A stretch of DNA of 64,000 nucleotides, taken from NCBI GenBank assembly GCA_964016885.1, contig OZ024756.1, forward strand, positions 20,336,001 to 20,400,000. Direction: 5' to 3'. This document shows positions 13,080 to 26,020 of this stretch, piece after piece (positions within the stretch are counted from its first letter, which is position 1; each line of letters begins with the position of its first letter). The position numbers were made by a program, and so were the translations under genes. The stretch is from Eledone cirrhosa. Its lineage: Eukaryota. Below the pieces are notes generated by a model. The model worked only from the letters and a program-made list of their open reading frames with translations, searched no databases and had not been told where the DNA came from.

Positions 13080-14195
13080 ACTAGGGCTATAACACCCCAG
13101 TTGCCGATTTTGCAATAGGTAACCCCTGCTTGCCAAGGAAGACGTAAGATCTTCTTTGTATTCTTTTATCGCTTCCTTTATTTCCTTCCCCCCTCTCCCC
13201 ATTGTCCTTCTACCCCAGCTCTTCTCCTTTGTCGGCGTCTTTTCTCGCCCACCCGAGGCTGCCCTTTGGCCCCATGTAGCCTTAGTACCCCCACCCCCCC
13301 CTCCCCTAGTCTTTGATAGATTTGGCGGACTCCGCCCTTTATAGCAGCTGGCTTAGACCCCGGATACTTTCCCCCTTTTTCCGACCGCCCCCACTATTCT
13401 CTGTGCCCTCTATATTTCTTAGTGGCACATGCCTTATTTTTTCGTTTCAGTATTTCTTGCTTCGCTCTTCTTCTGGGCGGGGTGGATTCTGAATTTATTT
13501 CTCCGTATTCTACCTTTATTTCGTACGAACTTTCATGTAGCTTGTTTTAGATCTTTTAGAGTTAGCATTAGTATATATTTTTCTCGGGACTCAGAATTAT
13601 TATCTCGTACAAGTTCACTTTGCTGCACTGGGTCGTTGCTGGCCCGGGATGGAAACCTTTATTGTTTATTTCGTGGTAGTCTCTTTAGTATTTTGGCCCC
13701 TTTTGTTGACCCGTCACCGTATCATTTACGTACTTATACCTCTTAAAAGGGTCCTTGCCTTATCCGTCCCACCTAGTTCTCTTACTTATTTCCTTATTTA
13801 TTCATTTATTTATTTTTTTACTTCTTTCTTTCTTTCTTTATTTTATTTCTCGCCTAACAATAGCCTGACACCTAGGTCGTAGAATTTAATTTACTTTACT
13901 TTTCTTTACACTTATTTGCCTTTCTTCACTCTCAGTATTTTTTTTTTTTTTTTTCTTTCCTATTTCTACCCCCCATTGTTCTACCTACCGTTCCGACTTC
14001 CTCCCCCTCCCCCTCCCCTGTATCTTCTTTGACCTCATGCCCAGCTGTAGCTGGCACTACCAACGCTTGATTGGGTCTACTCCACCCCCACCCCTCTTTC
14101 TCCTACTGGCAGGTTTAGCCACCATCTCCCCTACTAATTTGCAACCACAGAATTACTACTGATTTTTGACAATCACTTTGACCATATATGGAATT

Positions 14196-14289
14196 ACCCC
14201 TTGAGAAGATTGGCTATTTAAATACCAGGATAAATTTTCATTTAGTCCAGAATTAGCCGTCGAAACGGCTTGAGCTCAGCTGTCGGGGT
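14196..14289 (+). ncRNA. Type I hammerhead ribozyme, U3-A8 core variant (family A, PLE pLTR)
   Basis: acccc-TTGAGAA-stem II (gattggcta...tagccgtc)-GAAA-cggc ttgagctca gctg-TC-ggggt; predicted cleavage after GUC at 14284. Confidence 0.7.
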
Positions 14290-14548
14290 CTTACTGGTTC
14301 CTATTACCCACTCTACTACCTCAAGTATTGAGTACTTTGGTGCGTTATGGTCCACCTGGTTCCTTACCACATTTCCTTCGTTATATATATATATATATAT
14401 ATATAGATATATATAGATATATATATATATATAGATATATATATATATATATATGGATATATATATATATATAGATATATATATATATATATATGGATAT
14501 ATATATAGATATATATATATATATGGATATATATATATATATATATGG

Positions 14549-14595
<47 letters not shown>

Positions 14596-14869
14596 TACTA
14601 TAAAATATAAATTATGTCCATAGAATCATTTGATAAGATATATACTCCATTTCCTCTCCCAATTAGCATAATCAACCACACAAAAAAAAACAATTAAACC
14701 AGGCTATAAAATTAAAAGGTACCTATGAAGAAATAATAGATGAATAAACGACAGCCATCTATTCGCGATCAACCGCTATAGAATATTTACCCAGCATTTC
14801 AATAGCACGTGGAAATCGATTAAATATATCGTCAACCATGCACAATTAGGTATAAAATTAGTTAGAAGA

Positions 14870-15380
14870 AGACAGGAGGCTGGACTTGTGTAAATCCTTG
14901 AAAGGTTTATTATACTATGATCATTTTAATGACCGGGTTCCGTATGAATCCGGTGATATCATCAGGTATTCGAAATATAATAAGTGAATGTAATAGATAG
15001 AATGTATGGGGCTGAAAATCAAAGACCTGAGGACGACCGCCATCCAGCATTTTCCACCTTTGCCGGTGGTTTTCGCCTTTGATTTTCAGCCCCATAGATT
15101 TTATCTGTTACATTCACTTATATTTTGAATACCTGATGATATCACCGGATTCATACGGAACCCGATCATTGAAATGATCATAGTATAATAAACCTTTCAA
15201 GGATTTACACAAGTCCAGCCTCCTGTCATTTCATTATAATATTTAACTCCGTAATAGCACCACCAACTACAAAAACAAAGACGGTTGAACTGCTTTACGT
15301 TGAGTACTCTCCATATTATTACATTAAGATTGACCATACGGAATTGACCAGCTCTATCCAGTGGTGAACCTCAAACCTGA

Positions 15381-15381
<1 letters not shown>
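14870..15381 (+). mobile_element. Fold-back hammerhead element (family E)
   Basis: Arms about 14871-15025 and 15078-15227, then a one-sided tail ending at (TA)n; homologous to 45782-46387. Confidence 0.75.
15129..15186 (+). ncRNA. Minimal type I hammerhead ribozyme (family E)
   Basis: atac-CTGATGA-stem II-GAAA-tgatca-TA-gtat; palindromic stem III. Confidence 0.7.
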
Positions 15382-15474
<93 letters not shown>

Positions 15475-15659
15475 CACACTTGGGGAGGGTCATACTTGTG
15501 TAATATTGCCAGAATTAATAACAGAACACACTCACTGTTTGGTTGGTTTTCGCTTTTCGCTTCTGTGTCCCTTATATCGGTAATCGAATTTATTCGGTCC
15601 TCAATGTTGCCATTGACTGACCAACGGTCAAAAATAATACAGATGCAATATAGACACAA

Positions 15660-15731
<72 letters not shown>

Positions 15732-15756
15732 CTTTGTTATATATATATATATATAT

Positions 15757-15953
15757 AACAAAGGAATTGTGGTAAGGAACCAGATGGACCATAACGCGCC
15801 AGAGTACTCAATACTTAGGGTAGTAGAGTGGGAAATAGGAAAAAGTATGACCCCGACGGCAGAGCTCAAGCCGTATCGACGGCTATTTCTGGACTCTATT
15901 GTCCAGAAATAGCCGTCGAAACGGCTTGAGCTCTGCCGTCGGAGTCATACTTT
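15757..15953 (-). mobile_element. Fold-back PLE terminus (family A subfamily) in (TA)n
   Basis: Same architecture as 3712-3912, hairpin centre about 15898. Confidence 0.75.
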
Positions 15954-16008
15954 ATATATATATATGGATAGATGATAGATGTACATATTGTGTGTGTCTG
16001 TGAACACA

Positions 16009-16115
<107 letters not shown>

Positions 16116-16435
16116 GTATGTATATATATATATATATATATATAAACACGCATATATACGTATGCACGTATATACATATATATTCATGTACATATAGATA
16201 TGTACACGTGTATATATATATGTATATGTGAGTGTGTTTGTAAGTGTATATATATGTGTGTCTAGATCTATATATGCGTGTGTGTGTGTGTGTCTAGGTG
16301 TGTATATATACTTATATGTATGTGTATATATGTATGTATGCATGTGTGTGTGTGAGAGAGAGAGATATATGTATATATATGTATATATATGTATATGTAT
16401 GTGTGAGTGTATGTGCGTGTATGTGTCTAGGTGTG

Positions 16436-16501
<66 letters not shown>

Positions 16502-16509
16502 TAGGTGTG

Positions 16510-16542
<33 letters not shown>

Positions 16543-16551
16543 CTAGGTGTG

Positions 16552-16584
<33 letters not shown>

Positions 16585-16593
16585 CTAGGTGTG

Positions 16594-16628
<35 letters not shown>

Positions 16629-16637
16629 CTAGGTGTG

Positions 16638-16672
<35 letters not shown>

Positions 16673-16679
16673 CTAGGTG

Positions 16680-16723
<44 letters not shown>

Positions 16724-16731
16724 TAGGTGTG

Positions 16732-16771
<40 letters not shown>

Positions 16772-16842
16772 ATAGAGAGCCCCAAGACTTGATGAATCCT
16801 TAGATGAAATATCTTGACTAGATTAGCATTTTATGTATTCGT

Positions 16843-17005
16843 TTGTTGTTGTTGTAGTTGTATTTGCTGCTGCTGATGTTGTTGTTGCTGCTGCTGTTGT
16901 TGTTGTTGTTGTTGCTGCTGCTGCTGCTGCTGATGTTGTTGGTGTTGTTGCTGCTGCTGCTGTTTTTCTTGTTGCTGCTGTTTTTGTTGTAGTTGCTGCT
17001 GTTCT

Positions 17006-17049
<44 letters not shown>

Positions 17050-17474
17050 ATGTTGTTGTTGCTGCTGCTGTTTTTGTTGTAGTTGTATTTGTTGTTGCTG
17101 CTGCTGTTATTGTTGTTGTATTTGTTGTTGCTGCTGCTGTTTTTGTTGTTGTAGTTGTATTTGTTGCTGCTGCTGTTGTTGCTGTTTTTGTTGTTGTTGC
17201 TGCTGCTGTTGTTGTTGTATTTGTTGCTGCTGCTGCTGTTGTTGTTGTTGCTGCTGCTGTTGTTGTAGTTGTATTTGTTGCTGCTGCTGTTTTTGTTGTT
17301 GTAGTTGTATTTGTTGCTGCTGCTGTTGTTGCTGTTTTTGTTGTTGTTGTTGCTGCTGATGTTGTTGTTGTTGCTGCTGCTGTTTTTGTTGTTGTAGTTG
17401 TATTTGTTGTTGCTGCTGTTGTTGCTGTTTTTGTTGTTGTTGCTGCTGCTATTGTTGTTGTATTTGTTGCTGCT

Positions 17475-17505
<31 letters not shown>

Positions 17506-17881
17506 TTGTTGTAGTTGTATTTGTTGCTGCTGCTGTTTTTGTTGTTGTAGTTGTATTTGTTGCTGCTGCTGTTGTTGCTGTTTTTGTTGTTGTTGTTGCT
17601 GCTGCTGTTGTTGTTGTAGTTGTATTTGTTGCTGCTGCTGTTGTTGTTGTTGTTGCTGCTGTTGTTGTAGTTGTATTTGTTGCTGCTGCAGTTTTTGTTG
17701 TTGTAGTTGTATTTGTTGCTGCTGCTGTTGTTGTTGTTGTTGCTGCTGTTTTTGTTGTTGTAGTTGTATTTGTTGCTGCTGCTGTTGTTGTTGTTGTTGC
17801 TGCTGTTTTTGTTGTTGTAGTTGTATTTGTTGATGCTGCTGTTGTTGCTGCTGCTGTTTTTGTTGTAGTTGTATTTGTTGT

Positions 17882-17912
<31 letters not shown>

Positions 17913-18260
17913 TTTGTTGTAGTTGTATTTGTTGTTGCTGCTGCTGCTGTTGTTGTTGCTGTAGTAGTGGTAGTTGTTGTTGTAATAGTTGTAATAGTTA
18001 TTGTTGTTGTTGTTGTAGTTACTGTTGTTGTTGCTGTTGGTGTCGTTGTTGTTGTTGTAGCTGTTGTTGTTGCTGTTGTTGTTATTGCTGTTGCTGTTGT
18101 TGTTGCTGTTGTTGTTATTGCTGTTGCTGTTGTTGTTGCTGTTGTTGTTGTTGTTGCTAATATTGTTGTTGTTGCTGTTGTTGTTGTTGTTGCTAATATT
18201 GTTGTTGTTGCTGCTAATATTGTTGTTGTTGTTGTAGCTGTTGTTGTTGTTGTTGTTGTC
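16843..18260. repeat. Cryptic (GTT/GCT)n tract
   Basis: Visible directly. Confidence 0.95.
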
Positions 18261-18639
18261 GTTTCCTAGAATTAATTATTTTCATTTTATTTGTTTCTTT
18301 TTCTTGTCTTGTTAGTTTTTCTCTTCATTTTTGTCATCTCATATCACAACCACCATCATCATCACCATCACTATCATCACGATCATCATCATCACCATCA
18401 CCATCACCATCATTAACATTATCATCATCATCATCACCATCAGCACATTCAACAACAACAACACCATCAACATCATCATCATCACCAGTGTTACCATCAT
18501 CATCGCCATTATAAACCATATAATTATATATATTTATATATATATGTGGGGGGGGGTGCGTGTGCGTGTTGAGATATATAGATATATATGTGTGTGTGTG
18601 TCTGTGTGTGCATGGGTGTGTGTTGAGATATATATCTAT

Positions 18640-18935
18640 CTAAGGCGGGTAAAATTCCCGAGATCCATGGACGAGTTCTCTCCAGCGGTCTCTGTCCCTC
18701 ATTATTGCTGCCATGCCCTGCGTCTCCAACAGACCAGTGTCTGTCCTTAGGGCATCAACATACGTTAACCTTGGTCTTCCTCTTCTAGTGTGTCCATGTA
18801 GGGACTCCCAAAGGAGCACTGAGTGCAATGTCAACTCTGGATGTCGGTGAGCATGTCCAGCTAACCTCAGTCTCCTCTGTGTCACTTTTGAGCTGACTTT
18901 TGGGATGCTCCCGTACAGCTCTGAGTTTTTCATCC
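18640..18935 (-). mobile_element. RTE-type LINE 3' ORF fragment
   Basis: NSELYGSIPKVSSKVTQRRLRLAGHAHRH...LLW...GRPRLTYVDALRTDTG...MRDRDRWR. Confidence 0.85.
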
Positions 18936-19007
18936 TCAGTGTATACTGATTAATGTTTATGAGATATATATCTATATATGTGTGTGTGTGTGAGTGTGTG
19001 TGTGCTG

Positions 19008-19045
<38 letters not shown>

Positions 19046-19047
19046 TG

Positions 19048-19080
<33 letters not shown>

Positions 19081-19368
19081 CGTGTGCGTGTGTGTGTGCA
19101 TGTGTGTGTGTTGAGATATATATATATGTGTGTGTGTTGATAGATATATGTGTGTGTGAGTGAGTGTATGTGTGCTGATTGTGTGTTGATATATATATAT
19201 ATATATGTGTGTGTGTTTATATATATGTGTGTGTGTGTTTATATATATATATATGTGTGTGTGTTTATATATATGTGTGTGTGTGTTTATATATATATAT
19301 ATGTGTGTGTGTGTTTATATATATATATATGTGTGTGTATGTGTGCATGTGTGTGTTTATATATATAT

Positions 19369-19404
<36 letters not shown>

Positions 19405-20077
19405 ACAGTTATTACCTTAACAAGAAACCACAAGATAACTTCTGCAAACTGGTTGATAACGAAATAATGGATGGAGGAGGCGGGGGGGTCTCTGTCTGTG
19501 TGTCTGTATGTGTTTGTTTGTGTGTGTTTGTGTGTATGTGTGTAGTTTTGTGCGTATATGTGCACGCATGCATGTATGCATGTGTTTCTATGTATATATG
19601 TATGTGTGTATGTATGTGTTTGTATGTATGTGTATATGTATGTGTGTGTGTATGTATGTATGTATGTATGTATGTATGTGTATCTATGTATGTATATATA
19701 TGTGTGTGTGTATATGTCTGTATGTATGTGTATGTAGGTATGTATATGTATATATCTATGTAGGTACGTATGTATGTATGTGTATGTTTGCATGTATGTG
19801 TGTGTGTATGTATGTATGTAGGTAGGTAGGTACGTATGTATGCACGTATGTATGTATGCATATATGTAAGTATATATGTATATATGTATATATGTATGTA
19901 TATATGTATATATGTATGTATATAAGTATTCTATATTTATGTATATATGTATATATATATATATATGTACATATGTATATATGTATATATGTATATATAT
20001 GTATATATATATGTATATATGTATGTATATATGTATGTATATATGTATATATGTATGTATATATGTATATATGTATG

Positions 20078-20110
<33 letters not shown>

Positions 20111-20717
20111 GTATACATGTATGTATATATGTATGTATATATGTATATATGTATGTATATATGTATGTTTATATACTATGTATATATGTATATACTATGT
20201 ATATATGTATATATGTATGTATATATGTATGTTTATATACTATGTATATATGTATATATGTATGTATATATGTATATATGTATGTATATATGTATGTTTA
20301 TATATATGTATATATGTATGTATATATGTATATATGTATGTATATATGTATGTATATATGTATATATGTATGTATATATGTATGTTTATATGTATGTATA
20401 TATGTATGTATATATGTATGTATATATGTATATATGTATATATTTATATATATATATGTGAAATCAACAAAAACACACCACCAAAATAAGTCACCCATTA
20501 AACAACAACTGGAAAGTTTGATTTTCTACTTTACTAATTATATTCCATAAATATAACATCTTTTGTGTATTTCTGGCTAAAATGACTTTAGTACGGGTAA
20601 TTACTGCGACATTTATTACATCTTGTGTTCTCATTAAAAGTTGTTGACATGTATATTTCCAACAAAACCATTCTGAGTTCGTGTTACACATTTGGAGCAT
20701 CCATCGGGTATTATTAG

Positions 20718-21385
20718 ATTGGCAGTATCGGTAGAGGGTCGGACGCCATGCTTTGCAGCAAAGAGTTACAGCATTGCCAATCTGAGTTAAAATCCCGCCG
20801 GGGTTAGTTTTGTCTTTCAGCTTTACAAGGTCAATAAAATAAAGCACCAGTAATACACTGGGTCGATTTAATCGACTTCCTCTCCCCTTCAAATTTCTGG
20901 CCTTGTGTCTATAATAGAAATCATTATGGCAGTATCGGTAGAGGGTCGGGCGCCATGCTTTACAGTAAAGAGTTACGGCCCTTTCATGATCTGAGTTCAA
21001 ATCTCGCCGAGGTTAACTTTGCCATTCATCCTTATGGGGTTATAAAATAAAGTACCAGTCACGCAGTGAGGTCGATTTAATCGACTTTCCCCTCCCCCAA
21101 ATTGCTGACCTTGTGTCTATATAAGAAACCACCGCCGAGGTTAACTTTGCCTTTCATCCTTACAGGGTCGATAAAATAAAGTACCAGTAATACACTGGGA
21201 TAACTGCTGGCCTTGTGCCAAAAGTAGAAACAATTATAAGGAGTGAATTGGCAGTATCGGTAGAGCGTCGGACACCATGCTTTGCAGCATAGAGTTACGT
21301 CCCTTTGTGATCTGAGTTCAAATCCCGCCGAGGTTAACTTTGCCTTTCAACTTTACGGGGTCGATAAAATATAGTACCAGTAACG
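20718..21385 (+). mobile_element. Head-to-tail cluster of about 4 Meta-like SINE units, one partial
   Basis: Repeated tggcagtatcggtagag...gagttcaaatcccgccgaggttaactttgcctttcatcc. Confidence 0.85.
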
Positions 21386-21407
21386 TTGCTGAAAATGAGC
21401 AATAGCT

Positions 21408-21655
21408 GGGGGTTTGACCCTGCGATGGACTGGCGTCCTGTCCAAAATGGAGGGGTCTTTTACTCTCTGTCGCTTCACGCCACGAATACGGTATAAGCAC
21501 CGGCCTCATGAAGCTCCTGGCTTGAGACAGACATTAACCCTATGATTGACTGGCGTCCTGCCCAGGGATGAGGGGTATTTTACTATCAGTCGCTTCACGC
21601 CACGAAACCGGGATAAGCATTGGCCTGACGAGTTTCCTGGTTCGAGACAGACTTT
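21408..21655 (+). mobile_element. Two tandem SINE 3' segments (V-domain-like)
   Basis: accctgcgatggactggcgtcctgtcc...gtcgcttcacgccacg...ggataagc...gagacagac occurs twice. Confidence 0.6.
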
Positions 21656-21833
21656 AGATCAGGGGTCGGCAACCTATGGTCCGCGGGCCGGATACGGCCC
21701 GTGAAGGGATTTTGACCGGCTCGCGAGAATTGATGCCCAATGATTTGTTTATTTAAAATGTATTGTAATATGAGAGACGAGACTTTCGAATACAATAAGA
21801 GGCCTGCTGTTACATTCTTCCACAAATCTTCTC

Positions 21834-21965
21834 ATTCACTCTACCTAATGTCCACCACACCACCACTGATTCACTCTACCTAATGTCCACCACACCACCA
21901 CTGATTCACTCTACCTAATGTCCACCACACCACCACTGATTCACTCTACCTAATGTCCACCACCA
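21834..21965. repeat. Short tandem repeat of about 35 bp, nearly 4 copies
   Basis: Unit attcactctacctaatgtccaccacaccaccactg. Confidence 0.9.
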
Positions 21966-22122
21966 ACCGGATGTGAACGCTTTGAAAGTAAAAACACACT
22001 TTAAAATTGTGCTATGTATTTTTAAGATTTTTTTAAACAAATGATTCCAATGATGTCTTAAATTGAATAAATGATGTTTTTCCATTACTACATTCATCTA
22101 TGGTTAATACACATTATTTTTA

Positions 22123-22705
22123 ATCGGTAGAGGGTCAGACACCATGTTTTGACGCATAGAGTTACGGCCCTTTCCATTCTGAGTTCAAATTCCGCCGAGG
22201 TCAACTTTGCCTTTCATCCTTACGGGGTCGATAAAATAAAGTACCAGTAATGCACTGAGTAATTGCTGGCCTTGTGCCTAAAGTAGAAACAATTATTTTT
22301 AAGTAAGGGCAGTGGATTGGCAGTATCGGTAGAGGGTCAGATACCATGCTTTGACGCATAGAGTTACGGCCCTTTCCATTCTGAGTTCAAATCCCGCCGA
22401 GGTCAACTTTGCCTTTCATCCTTACGGGGTCGATAAAATAAAGTACCAGTAATGTACTAGGTAATTGCTGGCCTTGTGCCAAAAGTAGAAACAATTATTT
22501 TTAAGTAAGGGCGGTGAATTGGCAATATCAGTAGAGGGTTGGACGCCATGCTTTCTAACATAGTTACATCCCTTTACGGTCTTAGTTCAAATCCCGTCGA
22601 GGTTAACTTTGCCTTTCATCCTTACGGGGTCGATAAAATAAAGCACCAGTAATGCATTGGGTTATTGCTGGCCTTGTGCCTAAAGTAGAAACAATTATTT
22701 TTAAG
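22123..22705 (+). mobile_element. Three head-to-tail Meta-like SINEs nested in the hAT element
   Basis: Period of about 200 bp, shared junction aaacaattattttttaagta. Confidence 0.85.
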
Positions 22706-23419
22706 TATAATCAACACTCGTGATTAGATTTTAGGTTGTGTAATTTTCCATAATTATTCTTGTATGGCCTTCGTCTGGCCCGCTATCCGTCATTAATACT
22801 CGATCCGGCCCGTGGAGGCAAAGAAGTTGCCAACCCCTGCTTTAGATGTTAGAAATAATTATTATTTCTTTATAATTTTTGTTTTGTTTTTACTTTTTAT
22901 TAAAAAAAGCTGCGTTTGAAAGATTATTGAATACGATTTATTGATTTCTAATTTGAGAAAATTGTTCAGTCTTTATAAAAGGAGAAATTTTTTTTTTTTT
23001 AAAGAAAAAGGGTGAGAAATGGTCAGATTATCAAAAAATTATCTCCCTTTGACAGCTAGATCATTGAAGACAAGAACAAGGGCAAGGTGAAGGTTATGAG
23101 TTAAATGGCCTGTTGCCAGGAGGTGAAGGTCAGACAAAAGAAAGTTTTATGGTGGGAGGTTATAAAATTAACGAACTGATGTGGCATGTTGAATGTAGAG
23201 AAATAGATGATGGTGATGATGATGATGATGATAATGATGGGAATTATGAAAGGAAGAACATGAATTGAATAAAGTGTAGTAGTGGACGTGGTGGTGGAGG
23301 GGGGGAGCAACAGTGGGGGTGAGGAAGAAGGGACGAAAAGAAAGGAAAGGAAGAAAGAAAATACTTAATACAGAAAAAAAAGAGGAAAAAGATAAATACA
23401 GACAGACAGACAGACAGAT

Positions 23420-24160
23420 AACTTTCTTTTTATTTGCCACCAGGGCATCAAAAAGTGGGACAAGTACAATGGGGGGAGTTTACATAAAAAGGCGTCCTCA
23501 ATAAGGAGGAGGCAATAACAAGATGTAAAAATAAAATAAAATATAACAAAAATAAATTTAATAGCAAAATCCTCAATAGGGAGGAGGCGCCTTGGGGGTT
23601 CGACACACCCCCGAAAAAAGTGCAACCCTTCTCCTCAGGAGCACAGAGATGGGGTGCTCCCTTGATCTTCCTCACCTATAGTCTGATGTAGAGTGAAGGC
23701 CCATTCACACGGGCCATTCTCGCCACTTTCACCCATCTTTCATATAGATAGATTTCTTTATTAGCCACAAGGGCGCAACAAGAAAAGGGGACAATACAAA
23801 GACATGCCGGGGATTTTACATACAGTCGTGTAAAAAATATAAAAACAAACAATTTCAACAATCGAAACCCCCAATAGGGGGGAGGCGCCACAAATGGGTT
23901 GTTTAATACCCCGTCGATAGAACAACCCTCAACTCCAGGAGCGTGTTGTGCAAGTGCTCCTTTCTTCCTTTTGCTCTCTTCCTCAACCTACAGGCTTATA
24001 AACAGAGAAGGCCCAATCACTCGGGCCATTTTCGCTTCATTCACCCACCTTTCAGTAAATTTACTGGGGTGCAGTGCCTCTCTCTCCACCCTGATTCTCC
24101 TTCTAAAGTGATACTTAAAGAAGGGAATCAATTGTTGTCCGGAGAGAAAGCATCTTTCAT
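23420..24160 (-). mobile_element. Two tandem 3' ends of a Tx1/L1-like LINE
   Basis: Minus strand FFKYHFRRRIRVEREALHPSKFTERWVNEAKMARVIGPSL and ERWVKVARMARVNGPSL, each followed by a 3' UTR with AATAAA abutting tetranucleotide repeats. Confidence 0.6.
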
Positions 24161-24193
<33 letters not shown>

Positions 24194-24451
24194 GATGTAT
24201 ATATGTGATAAGCTGACTAGCTAGCTGATATGGGAGTTGATTAATTAGCCTGACAGGGGAGGGTTGTGGGAGGAGATGTGGGTGTAATGGTGTGAATGAA
24301 CTGATAAATAGAGGAAGGGTGGCTGGGTGGCTGGGGGTTTAGATGACGAACAAACAAGAGATGGATAAAGTAAATGTTAGAAAACGATCCCTGTCATCCT
24401 GTTAGCGATGGTGATGGTGGTGAGGGGGAGGAGGAGGGGGAGGGGGGGAAT

Positions 24452-24800
24452 AGATGATGATCGTCATCATCATTATGATGACGATGACGGTGGTGGTGAT
24501 GATGATGACGAGGACGATGATGACGATGATGATGACGATGACGATGACGATGACGTTGATGATGATGATGATGATGATGACTACGACGATGGTGATGATG
24601 ATGATGATGATAATGATGATGACGAGGACGATGACGACTACGACGATGGTGATGATGATGATGATGAGGACGATGATGATGATGATGTCGACGACGATGA
24701 TGGTGATGACGAGGACGATGACGATGATGATGACGAGGACGATGACGATGATGATGATGATGATGATGACGATGGTGACGATGATGGTGATGACGATGAC
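24452..24800. repeat. (GAT/GAC)n tract
   Basis: Visible directly. Confidence 0.95.
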
Positions 24801-24989
24801 GCCCGGCAGCCTCTCTCTGAGATCACAGCATGTGTGCTGCGTCATAGTGACTGGTGTAAGTAAACATGACGTATCAGTTACATCCGGGTACTCTACAAAC
24901 GGCTGACGCAGCCTGTCACCATCTTCCCGTTCAGTCCTGAGACTTCCTTTCGTCTTAACTAAAATAGACTTCTCTCTCTACTATAAGTA

Positions 24990-25356
24990 ATATCGATGAC
25001 AAACAATACGTTAAAATCTTGAGGCTTATCAAAAATCCGCCAACCGGTTTCGATTCCCAAGTCCATACTGTTGTCGGCGTTTCCAGACTCTCACAGTCCC
25101 ATCATCAGGATTGCCTCAACGGTAGAGCTTCGGATAAACATGTTTTGCAGCATTTAGTGACGACTTTCTACGTTCTGAGTTCGAATGCCACCCAAGTCAT
25201 TTTTGCTGCAAAACATTCCTATCCGAAGCTCTACTGTTGAGGCAATCCTGATGATGGGACTGTGAGAGTCTGGAAACGCTGACATCAGTATGGACTTGGG
25301 AATCGAAACCGGTTCGCGGATTTTTGATAAGCCTCAAGATTTTAACGTAATTTTTG

Positions 25357-25366
<10 letters not shown>
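24990..25366. mobile_element. Fold-back element (family G) with a hammerhead-like core
   Basis: Arms about 24990-25152 and 25204-25366; CTGATGA at 25248 and GAAA at 25273; a SINE B-box-like fragment lies in the loop. Confidence 0.65.
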
Positions 25367-25420
<54 letters not shown>

Positions 25421-25424
<4 letters not shown>

Positions 25425-25596
25425 CGAAGGAGTTGTGATAAGCCACCAGAGTACTCAATACTTAGGGTAGTAGAGTGGGTAATAGGAAAATGTATGACCC
25501 CGACGGAAGAGCTCAAGCCGTTTCGACGGCTATTTCTGGACTCAGAAATAGCCGTTGAAACAGCTTGAGCTCTGCTGTCGGGGTCATACTTTTTCC

Positions 25597-25598
<2 letters not shown>
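25421..25598 (-). mobile_element. Fold-back PLE terminus (family A subfamily) in (TA)n
   Basis: Same architecture, hairpin centre about 25541. Older degenerate copies lie at about 46845-46985 and 53145-53210. Confidence 0.75.
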
Positions 25599-25627
<29 letters not shown>

Positions 25628-25964
25628 ATACTTGGGGAGGGTCATATTGTTGTAATAATATTGTCAGAAATAATAACAGAACACACTCACTGTTTGGTTG
25701 GTTTTCGCTTCTGTATCTTTTATATCTCCATAGTTAATTTATTTGGCAATCAATGTTTATCATTGACTGATATAAATAAATATATATATATATAGTCTAA
25801 CAAAGTTCTTTCGTTGCACATCTGCAACATCACCAGTGATACTATTATCATGTTCCCTCCTATTGTATTGCATTATAATGTTTACGCCATTTTTATTTTA
25901 TTTATTTTATATATATATTTATTTTGTATATATATATATACAGGGTGTCCCAATATATATATAT

Positions 25965-26016
<52 letters not shown>

Positions 26017-26020
<4 letters not shown>

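Larger units (their letters stand above)
12467..14383 (+). mobile_element. 5'-truncated Penelope-like retroelement with an inverted pseudo-LTR copy, inserted in (TA)n
   Basis: 12467-12808 is the reverse complement of 13962-14303. A GIY-YIG C-terminal fragment lies between the arms, a hammerhead sits in the terminal repeat, and TA microsatellite flanks both sides. Confidence 0.85.
21660..22839. mobile_element. Non-autonomous hAT (Charlie-like) transposon carrying a minisatellite and three SINEs
   Basis: TIRs CAGGGGTCGGCAAC / GTTGCCAACCCCTG, subterminal CGGCCCG motifs, perfect 8-bp TSD CTTTAGAT (21652-21659, 22840-22847). Confidence 0.9.

Noticed and set aside
13080-13960. SECIS element in the PLE 3' region
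   Set aside because: Looked for because some Naiad PLEs encode selenoproteins, but no convincing AUGA/AA/GA stem was seen by eye.
22308-22400. tRNA genes at the A/B-box sequences
   Set aside because: No convincing cloverleaf; they continue into a SINE core and occur as many decayed copies.
24408-24863. Poly-Asp ORF resembling an acidic biomineralisation protein
   Set aside because: A (GAT/GAC)n microsatellite also open as poly-Met and poly-Ile; no signal peptide.
24800-24960. Cluster of TGACG half-sites and a GTAAGT donor as a promoter or exon (also TGACGTCA at 6175)
   Set aside because: Short motifs expected by chance, with no linked gene structure visible.
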